A stretch of DNA of 64,000 bases, from the NCBI GenBank assembly GCA_007376135.1, contig VMFR01000001.1, forward strand, positions 452,360 to 516,359, written 5' to 3'. Shown here in pieces: positions 40,551-49,753 of this stretch. Each line of letters starts with the position of its first letter. The stretch's first letter is position 1. The stretch is from Parcubacteria group bacterium Gr01-1014_31. GTDB lineage: Bacteria > Patescibacteriota > Patescibacteriia > Buchananbacterales > GWA2-38-13. Made by a program: the position numbers and the translations under genes. The notes beneath the pieces are model-generated. The model saw nothing but the letters and a program-made list of their open reading frames with translations. It was not told where the DNA came from and did not search any database.

Positions 40551-40780
40551 CCCAGTAGGACAACTTTGAAAAGATACTATTTTAAAACCGCGAAAAAAGT
40601 GGTGATCGCTGTCATTGCGAGGAGTCCCGAGCCAGTCGAGGGACAACGTGGCGATCTCGTTTTTGGTTTGACACCGAGATTGCTTCGTTTCACTCGCAAT
40701 GACGAAAGGTACCGCTCACCGCCCTGGAGGCATTGCAGAATATGGACGTAGTGGGATTCTGTCGAAGTTGTCCTACTGGG
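40551..40780. mobile_element. MITE-like element, copy 3, carrying a nested palindrome
   Basis: Perfect 16-bp TIR cccagtaggacaactt / aagttgtcctactggg; cata on both flanks. Confidence 0.8.
40611..40703. repeat. REP/RPE-like palindromic element
   Basis: gtcattgcgag ... ctcgcaatgac 11-bp terminal IR with internal gcgatctcg/cgagattgc stem. Confidence 0.75.
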
Positions 40781-40787
40781 CATACCC

Positions 40788-41507
40788 TTATTTGACGAAA
40801 TCCGACGACGCGTGCAGCCGTTTGGCAACGGCCTGGTCGGATTCTATTAGGCCGTCGCGGACCCGAATAATGCGCCCCGCGTGTTCGGCGGTATAGGTTT
40901 CGTGGGTAATGAGGACGACCGTGTGGTTGTCGTGTTCGTTGAGCTTCTGCAAAATTTCCATCACGGCTTTACCCGACTGGGAATCCAGGTTGCCGGTCGG
41001 CTCATCCGCGAAGATCACTCGCGGCTTGTTCACCAGCGCCCGCGCGATGGCGACCCGCTGGCGTTCGCCCCCCGATAGTTTCGCCACATCAAAACCGGCG
41101 CGGTGGGACAGCCCGACCGCATCAATGGCAATTCTCGCGCGCTCGTCCCACTCGGCCGGCGGCACCGAAGAATACAAAAGCGGCAGCCGCACGTTATCCA
41201 TCACGCTGGTGCGCGGCAGCAGGTTGAACGACTGGAACACGAACCCCATTTGTTCGTTGCGCACCCGTGCCAACTCGCGATCGGTATGCTCGCCGATCTC
41301 GCGACCATCGAACCGGTAGGTGCCGGCGGTCTGGCGGTCCAAGAACCCCAGGATATGCAGCAAGGTGGATTTGCCGGACCCCGACGGCCCCATGATGGCA
41401 ACGAATTCCCCTGCGGCGATGGTAAAACTTACGCCGTGGAGTACCGGGGTCTGCAGCTCGTCGCTACTATAGACCTTGGTCAGCGCGTTGACCTCAATGA
41501 GTGCCAT
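40788..41507 (-). CDS. ABC transporter ATP-binding protein (LolD/MacB-like)
   Basis: GPSGSGKST, LSGGERQRVAIARAL, DEPTGNLD. Confidence 0.95.
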   Translation of the reverse strand: MALIEVNALTKVYSSDELQTPVLHGVSFTIAAGEFVAIMGPSGSGKSTLLHILGFLDRQTAGTYRFDGREIGEHTDRELARVRNEQMGFVFQSFNLLPRTSVMDNVRLPLLYSSVPPAEWDERARIAIDAVGLSHRAGFDVAKLSGGERQRVAIARALVNKPRVIFADEPTGNLDSQSGKAVMEILQKLNEHDNHTVVLITHETYTAEHAGRIIRVRDGLIESDQAVAKRLHASSDFVK

Positions 41508-41524
41508 AGCACGCCGCGCGATGG

Positions 41525-43171
41525 TTACGGTTTTGGGACTTCGATAAGCACGCGGTCCCCCTCACTCAATCCGGTCGTGATCTCGATATTACCGTCCGAA
41601 CCGCGCAGGCCGACTCCCACCGTCACCTCCACCACTTCATTGCCGCCGGTCTGAGAGCGCAATTTGCGGACGAATTTATCGCCATTGCGGCCGAACACCG
41701 CCCGCAGTGGGACCACGATGACGTTGGTGCGTTCCGCGGCCCGGATGTCCAGGTCGGCAGTCATGCCCGAGCGGATGCGTTCGTCCGGCTGGTCAAATAG
41801 AACGGTCACGACGTAGGTCGGCACCCCCTCCACCACCGTTTCCGCCGGGTCGATCTTTGCCACATGCGTACGAAACGTCACATCGTTGCCGTAGGCGTCC
41901 AGCGTGGCGACGCCGGCATCGCCGATCTTGAGCTTGGCGATATCCGCTTCCGGGACGTTGGCCTCGATCTCATAGCCCGCATCGGAAATGATGGACACGA
42001 GCGACACATTGGCGGCGATGATCTCGCCGACCTCAAGGTCGACTTTGGTGACCACGCCATCGAACGGCGAGCGCAACACGGCCTTATCCAGCTGCGCGCG
42101 GATGTTGGCGGCGCTGGCTTCCATCTGCCGGATCTGGGCCAGCTGGCCGGCAAGCGTCGCCTCGGCCTGGGCGACCAACGCCTCCTGCGCGGCCACCTGC
42201 GAGGACGTACTGCCCGCCTGCTTGAGCTTGAGCTCCTCCTCCACGCGGGCGACGATGCGCTGATTGGCGGAAATGTCCTGCTGCAGATCGGCGACCGCTG
42301 CCAGCTGCGCCGCAATGTTCACCCGCGCGGTATTGACATCATCGCGACGGGTATCCAGCGCGTCGTCCTGGAGCGAGCACTCGGTCACCAGCGCCTGGTT
42401 AAGCCGATCAAGGAACTGCTGGTACAGCATGAGCTCCTTGGCGGCATCGCTCAACGCCAGATCCAGCACGTCTCGCGCCGTCCCCGCCCCGATCGCCGTC
42501 AAAGAGGTCTGCCACGCCTGGAGCGAACGCTCGCTGGAAGCGCGCAGAAAGGTCACATCATTCTCCAGCGGATCGTTGCAGGCCCGGAACAACAGCAAAT
42601 AGCCACTCGAAAGGTTGCCGGAGAACAGCGCGGTGGTCTTGACGCGCACGGCGTCATCGGCCTTGGTGGACGCGGTCCGCAGCGTATCCACGACATCCTT
42701 GTAGGCATTCGCGAGATCCTGCTGAGCCGTGTCCAACTCCGCCTGCTTGACGGCAATCTCCTCCGGCCGGGTGCCGCGCCGCACCTCATCCAATCTGGCT
42801 TGCTGGTTGCGCAGAGCGGCCGCATACTGGTCCGATTGCGCTTTCGCGGAATCAACCCTCGCCAGCGCCTCGCTCAATTGCGCGACCAGATCCGCGCTGT
42901 TGAGGCCGGCGAGCAGCGCGCCCTTGTTGACCCGATCGCCGACGGCGACGGGGATGACGGCAACCCTTCCACTCCGCTCAAACGCCAGGTCCACCGCGTG
43001 GGTCGGCTTGACGCGACCGGTGACGCTGACCTCTTGCACCAGATCGGCGCGAACGGCGGTCGCCGTTTCGTACTCGACTGGCTTAGGCCGGGTGGCGGCG
43101 TACCCCAACGCGGCGGCAGCGATCACGATCGTCCCTGCGATCCCCACGGTTACTTTCGTGCGCGTGCGCAT
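41525..43171 (-). CDS. efflux periplasmic adaptor (MacA/HlyD family)
   Basis: N-terminal TM, lipoyl-like G.V..GD.V..G, long coiled coil, SPFDGVV, GMTA. Confidence 0.88.
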   Translation of the reverse strand: MRTRTKVTVGIAGTIVIAAAALGYAATRPKPVEYETATAVRADLVQEVSVTGRVKPTHAVDLAFERSGRVAVIPVAVGDRVNKGALLAGLNSADLVAQLSEALARVDSAKAQSDQYAAALRNQQARLDEVRRGTRPEEIAVKQAELDTAQQDLANAYKDVVDTLRTASTKADDAVRVKTTALFSGNLSSGYLLLFRACNDPLENDVTFLRASSERSLQAWQTSLTAIGAGTARDVLDLALSDAAKELMLYQQFLDRLNQALVTECSLQDDALDTRRDDVNTARVNIAAQLAAVADLQQDISANQRIVARVEEELKLKQAGSTSSQVAAQEALVAQAEATLAGQLAQIRQMEASAANIRAQLDKAVLRSPFDGVVTKVDLEVGEIIAANVSLVSIISDAGYEIEANVPEADIAKLKIGDAGVATLDAYGNDVTFRTHVAKIDPAETVVEGVPTYVVTVLFDQPDERIRSGMTADLDIRAAERTNVIVVPLRAVFGRNGDKFVRKLRSQTGGNEVVEVTVGVGLRGSDGNIEITTGLSEGDRVLIEVPKP

Positions 43172-43256
43172 ACGTGGTAAATGAAAGCGCTATGAATCAA
43201 ATCGTAGTGATGCGGAACTCACCCATCTGGTTCACCCGCCCTTTTTCGGGGTGCGG

Positions 43257-43358
43257 GCCCCGTTAGAAAATTACTGTTCCGCTGGTCAAACGCTCCAACG
43301 ATTTCCAGCATCCAGAAATATTACAGAACACATTATTCGCAAAGTTTTCTAACGGGGC
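43257..43358. mobile_element. ~100-bp MITE-like element in degenerate tRNA-Pro copy
   Basis: 14-bp TIR gccccgttagaaaa / ttttctaacggggc. Confidence 0.7.
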
Positions 43359-43407
43359 GGGGAGTCGAACCGCCGCCGCATGCACCCTTCACCCCACACC
43401 TTTCCTC

Positions 43408-43478
43408 TCGGGGTGCGGGGAGTCGAACCCCGTCTCCATGCACCCCATGCACGTGTACTGCCGGTATACTACACCCCG
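43408..43478 (-). tRNA. tRNA-Pro (GGG)
   Basis: CGGGGTG/CACCCCG acceptor, CGTGC-AT-GGG-GT-GCATG anticodon arm, GGTTCGACTCC. Confidence 0.88.
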
Positions 43479-43648
43479 AAAGGAAAGGTGTGGGGCAATC
43501 GCACGTGGACTACCACTACCCCATACCCCGAAAAAAGGCGGGTGAAAAACGAACTTGCCCGCGATGCCGCACACCTGTGAAGTAAAAACGTGAAATGTAC
43601 GAATACCCACTCTACCGCATCGGTGCGCTCCCGGCAAGGCGTCCGGCG

Positions 43649-44272
43649 TCACCCGAGCAGCGCCGCCCGCAACGGTGCCCCATCCAACCCCATAAACTTC
43701 AACGGCAGCCCGATGAACACGTAACGCCCGGGCCGAACTTTTGACAAGTCCAATCCCTCCACGATGGGAATGCCGCGTGAAAGCAGGGCCGTATGCGGCC
43801 GGTTGTCAGGACTGCCGCGCTGCTTGACCGAGAGCGAATCAATGCCGACCAGACTGACGCGCCGCTGCGCGAGCCAAGCAGCCGCCTCCCCAGTAAGCCA
43901 GACATAATCGTCCCACCAGCGGGAAAACCCACGACGCGAATTGCGCGTTTTCAAAAGAACGCGCTCCCCCGCCCGGATACGGTATCCGGCAAGGTCGGTG
44001 GTCGTAATGGCGCCAGCCAAACGAGTCAAATCCAGCACGCGGCACGGCCCGTAGAATGCTTGCAGCGGTAAGCGGTCCACGCCGCCGCCATCCCGGAACG
44101 CATGACGCGGCGCGTCCACGTGCGTGCCCGTGTGCGATCCAAGTACTACCTCCGAATGCCAAGAGGTTTTGCCGCGCAGCGTGCGAATTTTCACGCGCGG
44201 GTTGCCGGGGTACACCACGGTCTTGCCGTGCAGCGGGAGTGAAATATCAACTAGGCGTAATCGTCGAGCCAT
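43649..44272 (-). CDS. cyclase family protein (KynB-like metal-dependent hydrolase)
   Basis: HTGTHVDAPRH, VGIDSLS, H..LL...IPIVEGL. Confidence 0.9.
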   Translation of the reverse strand: MARRLRLVDISLPLHGKTVVYPGNPRVKIRTLRGKTSWHSEVVLGSHTGTHVDAPRHAFRDGGGVDRLPLQAFYGPCRVLDLTRLAGAITTTDLAGYRIRAGERVLLKTRNSRRGFSRWWDDYVWLTGEAAAWLAQRRVSLVGIDSLSVKQRGSPDNRPHTALLSRGIPIVEGLDLSKVRPGRYVFIGLPLKFMGLDGAPLRAALLG

Positions 44273-44274
44273 AG

Positions 44275-45219
44275 CTAGAGGGTCGTAATTGGTCGCGACT
44301 GGACAATGAAAAATTTCTTCTTCGCGAACGCCCACTCGATATCCTGCGGCTTACTGTAATGACGCTCAATGTCAGTGCAGAGCTTCGCCAGTTCAACGAT
44401 CTGGCGGCCGGTCAATTTTTGCACCTCTCGTTTCTCTGCGGACACGGACCGCCACACGTTGCCGCCGCTAGATTTTCGTACCAGCATTTTTTCCTGCGCG
44501 GCAATGTTGATGTCGACCAGATGGAGGTCGCGCTTATCGATGACGTAGCTGTCGGGCGTGATCTGGCCGGAAACGATAGCTTCGCCCAGGCCGAACCCGG
44601 CCTCAATGATCATCTGGTTATAGTCCTTGGTCACCGGATGCACGGTGAAGGCGATGCCAGCAACCTCGGCCTGGATCATCTGCTGCACCACCACCGCGAC
44701 CGACACTTTTGACCGTCTCATTCCTTTCTCGTTGCGGTAAACAATGGCCCGCGGCGTGAACAGTGACGACCAGCACTTCTTGACATTGCCGAGCAAAATC
44801 TTTGCCGTTGTGTTCAGATAGCTCTCTAATTCTCCCGCCCAAGAGGCAACCGAGGAATCTTCGGCGGTTGCCGAGCTTCGGACCGCGACCAGCGGGCTCT
44901 TGAGCTGGCGGAAGCGGCCCAGCACGGCCGCACTGAGATCCTTAGGAAACGCTGCGTCGTGGATAAGGTCGCGGATGATTACTGACGCCCGCTCAACGGA
45001 ATGGACGTCGCGATAGTTGACCTTAGCCAACGCGGCCCTAATCTCTTGGACCAAGTCAGCGCCCTTCAAAAACTGTTCAAACGCGGCTGCCGTGACCACA
45101 AAACCTGGCGGCACCGGAATGCCCGCGCGCGTCATTTCCCCCAACGATGCCCCCTTGCCGCCGGCCAGATGCGCGTCGGTCTTTTTTAACTGTTCAAAAT
45201 CTAGGAGATAATCCACCAT
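44275..45219 (-). CDS. stand-alone PEP/pyruvate-binding (PPDK_N, ATP-grasp) domain protein
   Basis: GGKGASLGEM, VPPGF, VAVRSSATAED, GLGEAIVSG, DIEW, QSRPITTL; no His or pyruvate domain. Confidence 0.92.
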   Translation of the reverse strand: MVDYLLDFEQLKKTDAHLAGGKGASLGEMTRAGIPVPPGFVVTAAAFEQFLKGADLVQEIRAALAKVNYRDVHSVERASVIIRDLIHDAAFPKDLSAAVLGRFRQLKSPLVAVRSSATAEDSSVASWAGELESYLNTTAKILLGNVKKCWSSLFTPRAIVYRNEKGMRRSKVSVAVVVQQMIQAEVAGIAFTVHPVTKDYNQMIIEAGFGLGEAIVSGQITPDSYVIDKRDLHLVDINIAAQEKMLVRKSSGGNVWRSVSAEKREVQKLTGRQIVELAKLCTDIERHYSKPQDIEWAFAKKKFFIVQSRPITTL

Positions 45220-45228
45220 ACCGTCAGC

Positions 45229-46710
45229 CTATCGTTTTTTCACCAATTTGACCACGCCGCGATTTGCATCCACCTCAACCTCATCGCCATCCTGGAACAC
45301 CCTCGTCGCAATCTTGGTACCGATGATGCAGGGTTTGCCGAGCTCTCGCGCGATAATCGCAGCGTGGCTGGTTACACCGCCGACTTCAGCAATAATCGCT
45401 GAAGCCAATTTCATCGCCGTGACAAGTCGGGGGTTTGTCGTATGGGCGACGAGCACATCACCTTTCTCCATTTTTGTAATATCTTGCACTGTATCCACAA
45501 TTTTTACTAGCCCCCTTGCTTTTCCCGGCGAACCCGTAGCACCTTTCAATTCTTTTATATTCCTCTCAATAACTGAAGTTTGGGCAAGCAGCCAATCAAA
45601 CAAATGTTGGGCGATCTGGCCTTGATATTCATCAATTATTCCATCATGAAAATAGAGGGCAAACATTTTCTTTCTTTGGCTGAGCAAGTTGGCGTTCACT
45701 GACGCGCCTTTTAAGGTCTTGATCATTTCAAGCGGCTTGAGAAATTGCACTTGTGTAAGCGACAGAAAATGTTCTCGGGCAATTTTACAAAGGAGCGGCT
45801 CCAAAGACCAATACAACAACCAAGAGGCATCAACGCGTAAGGCTTTCATGGTAGCGATCTCTTCAAGCAATTTCGCGATTCTCGTGGCTTCCTTTGATAA
45901 TTTATATTTTTTTACCATCTCTTTTTTCCGGCGGCGGATTTCCTGTCGATATTTCGTTTCAGGTTTTATATATTTTTTGGAATTTTTTTCTTTTCTGATG
46001 AGCTTCACTCGCTCTTCAAAATAGCCAACATCATACGCCGGCCCTTGCCAATTGTATCCCAACCATGCGTATTTCTGCCAGTGTTGCTTTATTTTCTTCC
46101 CTGGCGGCCTCCCTTCGATTAAACCCAAAAGGTCTTGCTCTTCTTTCTGCAAAAAACTGTATTGCTCGGGAGTGGTGATAACGGTAAATATTTCTCCAAG
46201 AGATGACCGAGACACGCTGTTTCCTTCCAAAATTTTCTTTAATTTATCTCCGAGCAACGAACGACCCATTTCCAACAAGTTAATTGCTTGTCCCCGAAAC
46301 CACAGATGATCGTGAATTTCATACAATTTGAAGTACATTTTAGCAAGCTTTCCATTTGCAATCTTATTAACATCAAGGCGTTGTAGGCGGCGGGATTCAA
46401 CCATGAGTTTTTGGCTTAAACTCCTGATCTCATCTAAAATGTTTTTTATAAAACCGGGTTTTTTTATATCCTGTGCAAGTATTTTTTTGCCAGCAATCTC
46501 CAATTCATCATCGAGATGGTACATGAAAATATCATTATTTTTAAAAACCCAAATCCCACGAAATATGCCGGTTTTGTACATTTTATTGAGCATGTACGCA
46601 TAGGCGATTAAGGCTGACTGGACTATCCAGAGCGGGCAATTCGGAATTTTCTCAAAAAGATCCCAGCGGTAAGATTGTATTTGTTTTTTTATATCCTTTA
46701 TCGTGTTCAT
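45229..46710 (-). CDS. PEP-utilizing enzyme, mobile (phosphohistidine) domain protein, paralog 4
   Basis: C-terminal GDVLVAHTT.P...GGVTSHAAIIARELGKPCIIG; AT-rich. Confidence 0.88.
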   Translation of the reverse strand: MNTIKDIKKQIQSYRWDLFEKIPNCPLWIVQSALIAYAYMLNKMYKTGIFRGIWVFKNNDIFMYHLDDELEIAGKKILAQDIKKPGFIKNILDEIRSLSQKLMVESRRLQRLDVNKIANGKLAKMYFKLYEIHDHLWFRGQAINLLEMGRSLLGDKLKKILEGNSVSRSSLGEIFTVITTPEQYSFLQKEEQDLLGLIEGRPPGKKIKQHWQKYAWLGYNWQGPAYDVGYFEERVKLIRKEKNSKKYIKPETKYRQEIRRRKKEMVKKYKLSKEATRIAKLLEEIATMKALRVDASWLLYWSLEPLLCKIAREHFLSLTQVQFLKPLEMIKTLKGASVNANLLSQRKKMFALYFHDGIIDEYQGQIAQHLFDWLLAQTSVIERNIKELKGATGSPGKARGLVKIVDTVQDITKMEKGDVLVAHTTNPRLVTAMKLASAIIAEVGGVTSHAAIIARELGKPCIIGTKIATRVFQDGDEVEVDANRGVVKLVKKR

Positions 46711-48239
46711 GGTAGCAATGTTACAACTCCTCTGTTTGCATCTACCTCGACCTCATCGCCGTCCTTAAACACCTTCGTGGCGATCTTCGTGCCGATCACG
46801 CATGGGATATTCAACTCGCGGCTGACAATCGCCGCGTGTGAGGTAACGCCACCTTGCTCGGTGACGATCGCAGCGGCCTTTTTCATCGCCGACACAATGT
46901 CTGGGTCAGTGGCAATAGACACGAGGATATCACCCTGCTTCATCTTGGCCATATCCGAAGCGCGAATGATAATCTTGACCGTCCCCCGCGCATGGCCCAG
47001 ACAGGCTGGCTGGCCCCTGATCTCACGCACGTCAGTATCAACTATCCGTTCCACTGTCGAGAGATATTCCCTCGCGGTATCGCCGATCATGAGCTTATCG
47101 CACCCGCGTTCAGCGTAGTAAACCATGAGCTTCGTCCGCTCCTCCAGGACAGCGGGGTGGCAGATGCGCCGCAGCAGCATGGCCTTCATTTCTTCCGGCA
47201 AGACGCAGCGCACCTGCGCCTCGCTGATGCCGCGGCGGCGGGCGATCTCGCGGAGGATCGCCCCCATGTGATGCACGGCGAGCAGTTGCGCGTAACGCCG
47301 ATAAATTTTTGTCACCATGAAGTCGCCAAAAGACCCAAAGACCGCCGCCCATTGGCCATTGATCTTGAGCCGACGAAATAATTGCCGGCGTCGGCTCCGC
47401 GCCCTTACAAGCTCGCGGGTTTGGAGCCGCAGCTGTTCCTGCGGCGATTGGTCCTTGTCAAAAATCTCTTTGAGTTGGCGGAGGTAGTCCGCGATCGTGT
47501 ACTCCCCGCTCACCCAGAGGTGCTTCGTGTAGTAGTACTTGCGGCGGTGCGTCTCTAGCGACCGACGAATAGCGGGGGGAAACTTCGCCATTACAACTTG
47601 AGTATCCTTGTGTTTCAACGCCGCTTGCGCCGACTGATCACCCACAATCTTAGCCGCAATCTTAAGAAGCTGCTCATGCTCGATGTAGATGAGCGACTTC
47701 TTGGTCGGTTGTGTCAGAATGAGAAATGACTCAGTGATTCGCTCGTCGCTCACCCCTTTAGCCCGTAGGTACTCCTTCACCTTATCCGTGAGGTTGTTAT
47801 GGAACATGTCCGCGCCCACGGGAATCCAGCACCAAGTGTAATACGTCGAGTGAATTTCATTATGGCGCCGGTAGACGGCCCACAGCTGACGATCGGTTAG
47901 GCGATCGAGATTACGCTGCGGAATTTTATCGCAAAAGCGTCGCAGCTTGTCCGCCTCAACGATGATGTGACGGTTCACCCGAGCCGCATAACCAGGCTCG
48001 CCGACAATGCGCCGAGCGATATTTTCTCCCACGGCAAATGAATCCTGCTGGCCGAAATAAAACCACAAATGGTAGCCAACGTACTTGCTGACGATTTTAG
48101 CGTACGCCCGACCGGTGTGCTTGGCAAAGTCGTTGACGAACCCGTGCAGCCAAACGTTAGAGAAGAACAGATCGGCGTTGGGGATGTCTTCGCCCAGCAT
48201 CCAGGGATCTTTGTCGTGGTAGTGTTGAAGTGACTTCAT
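46707..48239 (-). CDS. PEP-utilizing enzyme, mobile domain protein, paralog 3
   Basis: GGVTSHAAIVSRELNIPCVIGTK. Confidence 0.88.
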   Translation of the reverse strand: MKSLQHYHDKDPWMLGEDIPNADLFFSNVWLHGFVNDFAKHTGRAYAKIVSKYVGYHLWFYFGQQDSFAVGENIARRIVGEPGYAARVNRHIIVEADKLRRFCDKIPQRNLDRLTDRQLWAVYRRHNEIHSTYYTWCWIPVGADMFHNNLTDKVKEYLRAKGVSDERITESFLILTQPTKKSLIYIEHEQLLKIAAKIVGDQSAQAALKHKDTQVVMAKFPPAIRRSLETHRRKYYYTKHLWVSGEYTIADYLRQLKEIFDKDQSPQEQLRLQTRELVRARSRRRQLFRRLKINGQWAAVFGSFGDFMVTKIYRRYAQLLAVHHMGAILREIARRRGISEAQVRCVLPEEMKAMLLRRICHPAVLEERTKLMVYYAERGCDKLMIGDTAREYLSTVERIVDTDVREIRGQPACLGHARGTVKIIIRASDMAKMKQGDILVSIATDPDIVSAMKKAAAIVTEQGGVTSHAAIVSRELNIPCVIGTKIATKVFKDGDEVEVDANRGVVTLLP

Positions 48240-49753
48240 ACTTTCCTCACCACTCCCCTCTCCGCATCCACCTCGACCCGGTCTCCATCACGAAATACTG
48301 ACGTTGCGATTTTCGTACCCACAACACATGGGATCAGGAGCTCGCGCGAAACAATCGCCGCATGGCAGGTCAAGCCGCCTTCATCGGTCACGATCGCCGA
48401 CGCCTGGCGAATTGCCGGCATCAGATTCGGGCTGGTCGCCCGTGATACGAGAATATCCCCACGTTTCATTTTTCCCATCTCCGATGGCGCAGAGATGAGC
48501 TTGACCGTACCACGGACCTTACCGGTGCAGGCGGTAGTTCCATGAATTTCATTGACTTCTACGACAGCATTTTTCTCGGCATTCGCCTGCAGAAAATCCG
48601 CCGCCGGCTTTCCCACCAATAACCACTGCCGCTTGCCCTGCCGTCCATAGACAACACAACGGAGACGATTTCGAATCTCTGACCGATCAACGCCTCCATA
48701 CCGTAGTAGAATTTCTACCTCCGAAGGCAGCAGCATACGTATCTCTGGTATGGTCAACCCCGCACGACGAGCCATCTCGGCAAGTAACGGTTCCAACAGA
48801 TAATACGACCATGTTTGCAATTCCCGGCGGTAGGGTTTAAAAAATACGCTCGCCCGAGCAAGCTCAAGGATGGCCCGTTCATTACGGTCGAGCTGCAGCT
48901 TCTTCACGACTGCATGTTGCCGCAGCGCCAATGTCTTTCGTTCCTGTTCGTATTGGCGGAGCTGCGCCTCCGGCGAGATACCCTGATCGACCAAATCTTT
49001 CAAGGCGGATACGAAATACGCCGGACCCGCCGCCGGACCTTGATAGACATAATTCACCCAGGCAAACGTTTGTGCATGTGATCGGATCTTCCGCCAAACC
49101 GTCGGATAGTTGCCGGAAATGATAGTGACCAAACGATCCGGAGGCAAAGTTTTAAACTGTTGGACCAGTCGCGACTGCCGGCGAATCGTGGCAAGAATGT
49201 GTAATAATGCAATTTCGGCGCGTTTGTTGTAGGTGGCTCGCCGCGGCGTCGTGAGCAGGGTGGTGTGCGCAGCGGCATTATGCCCCTGCAGAATGCGGTT
49301 GATCTCATCGGTTATAAAAGTCGTGGTCTGGAAATCAAGGAGTGGAATCACGGCGCTCAAACCGTACAATGTTGTGTTCATCACAACGTACCGCTGGTAG
49401 CACCGATTGAGCTGCGCAGCCGTGAGCGTCCGCAAAAATGACGGAGATAATGTTTTCGCGTACGCGATCAACTTTTTCCCCCGCTCTTCACAGGTTCGGA
49501 AGTTTTGCGCCAGAAAGCGCGGGTATAGCTGGATCTTCGCCACCAGCCGCCGGTGCGCGATCTCCCAATTTTTTGGCTGACAAAACCACGTCAAATCTTC
49601 ACCGTGAATCGCAACGGCAATGGACACCGGATGTTGTAGAATGCCGAGCTTCGATAACCTCGCCCACCCGTCCGGCAGCATGAAGGCCGGAAAGAGCGAG
49701 GCGACGTACTCTTTGGCAATGATGGACCAAGCCGCTTGCTTTGCCATACTCAT
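48236..49753 (-). CDS. PEP-utilizing enzyme, mobile domain protein, paralog 2
   Basis: DEGGLTCHAAIVSRELLIPCVVGTK. Confidence 0.88.
   Translation of the reverse strand: MSMAKQAAWSIIAKEYVASLFPAFMLPDGWARLSKLGILQHPVSIAVAIHGEDLTWFCQPKNWEIAHRRLVAKIQLYPRFLAQNFRTCEERGKKLIAYAKTLSPSFLRTLTAAQLNRCYQRYVVMNTTLYGLSAVIPLLDFQTTTFITDEINRILQGHNAAAHTTLLTTPRRATYNKRAEIALLHILATIRRQSRLVQQFKTLPPDRLVTIISGNYPTVWRKIRSHAQTFAWVNYVYQGPAAGPAYFVSALKDLVDQGISPEAQLRQYEQERKTLALRQHAVVKKLQLDRNERAILELARASVFFKPYRRELQTWSYYLLEPLLAEMARRAGLTIPEIRMLLPSEVEILLRYGGVDRSEIRNRLRCVVYGRQGKRQWLLVGKPAADFLQANAEKNAVVEVNEIHGTTACTGKVRGTVKLISAPSEMGKMKRGDILVSRATSPNLMPAIRQASAIVTDEGGLTCHAAIVSRELLIPCVVGTKIATSVFRDGDRVEVDAERGVVRKV

Noticed and set aside
40577-40828. 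83-aa ORF between ABC ATPase and permease
   Set aside because: It runs through a MITE and its palindrome, so it is likely a by-product of the repeat.
43389-43652. 87-aa ORF spanning tRNA-Pro
   Set aside because: It overlaps the tRNA and its inverted repeats and has no protein features.
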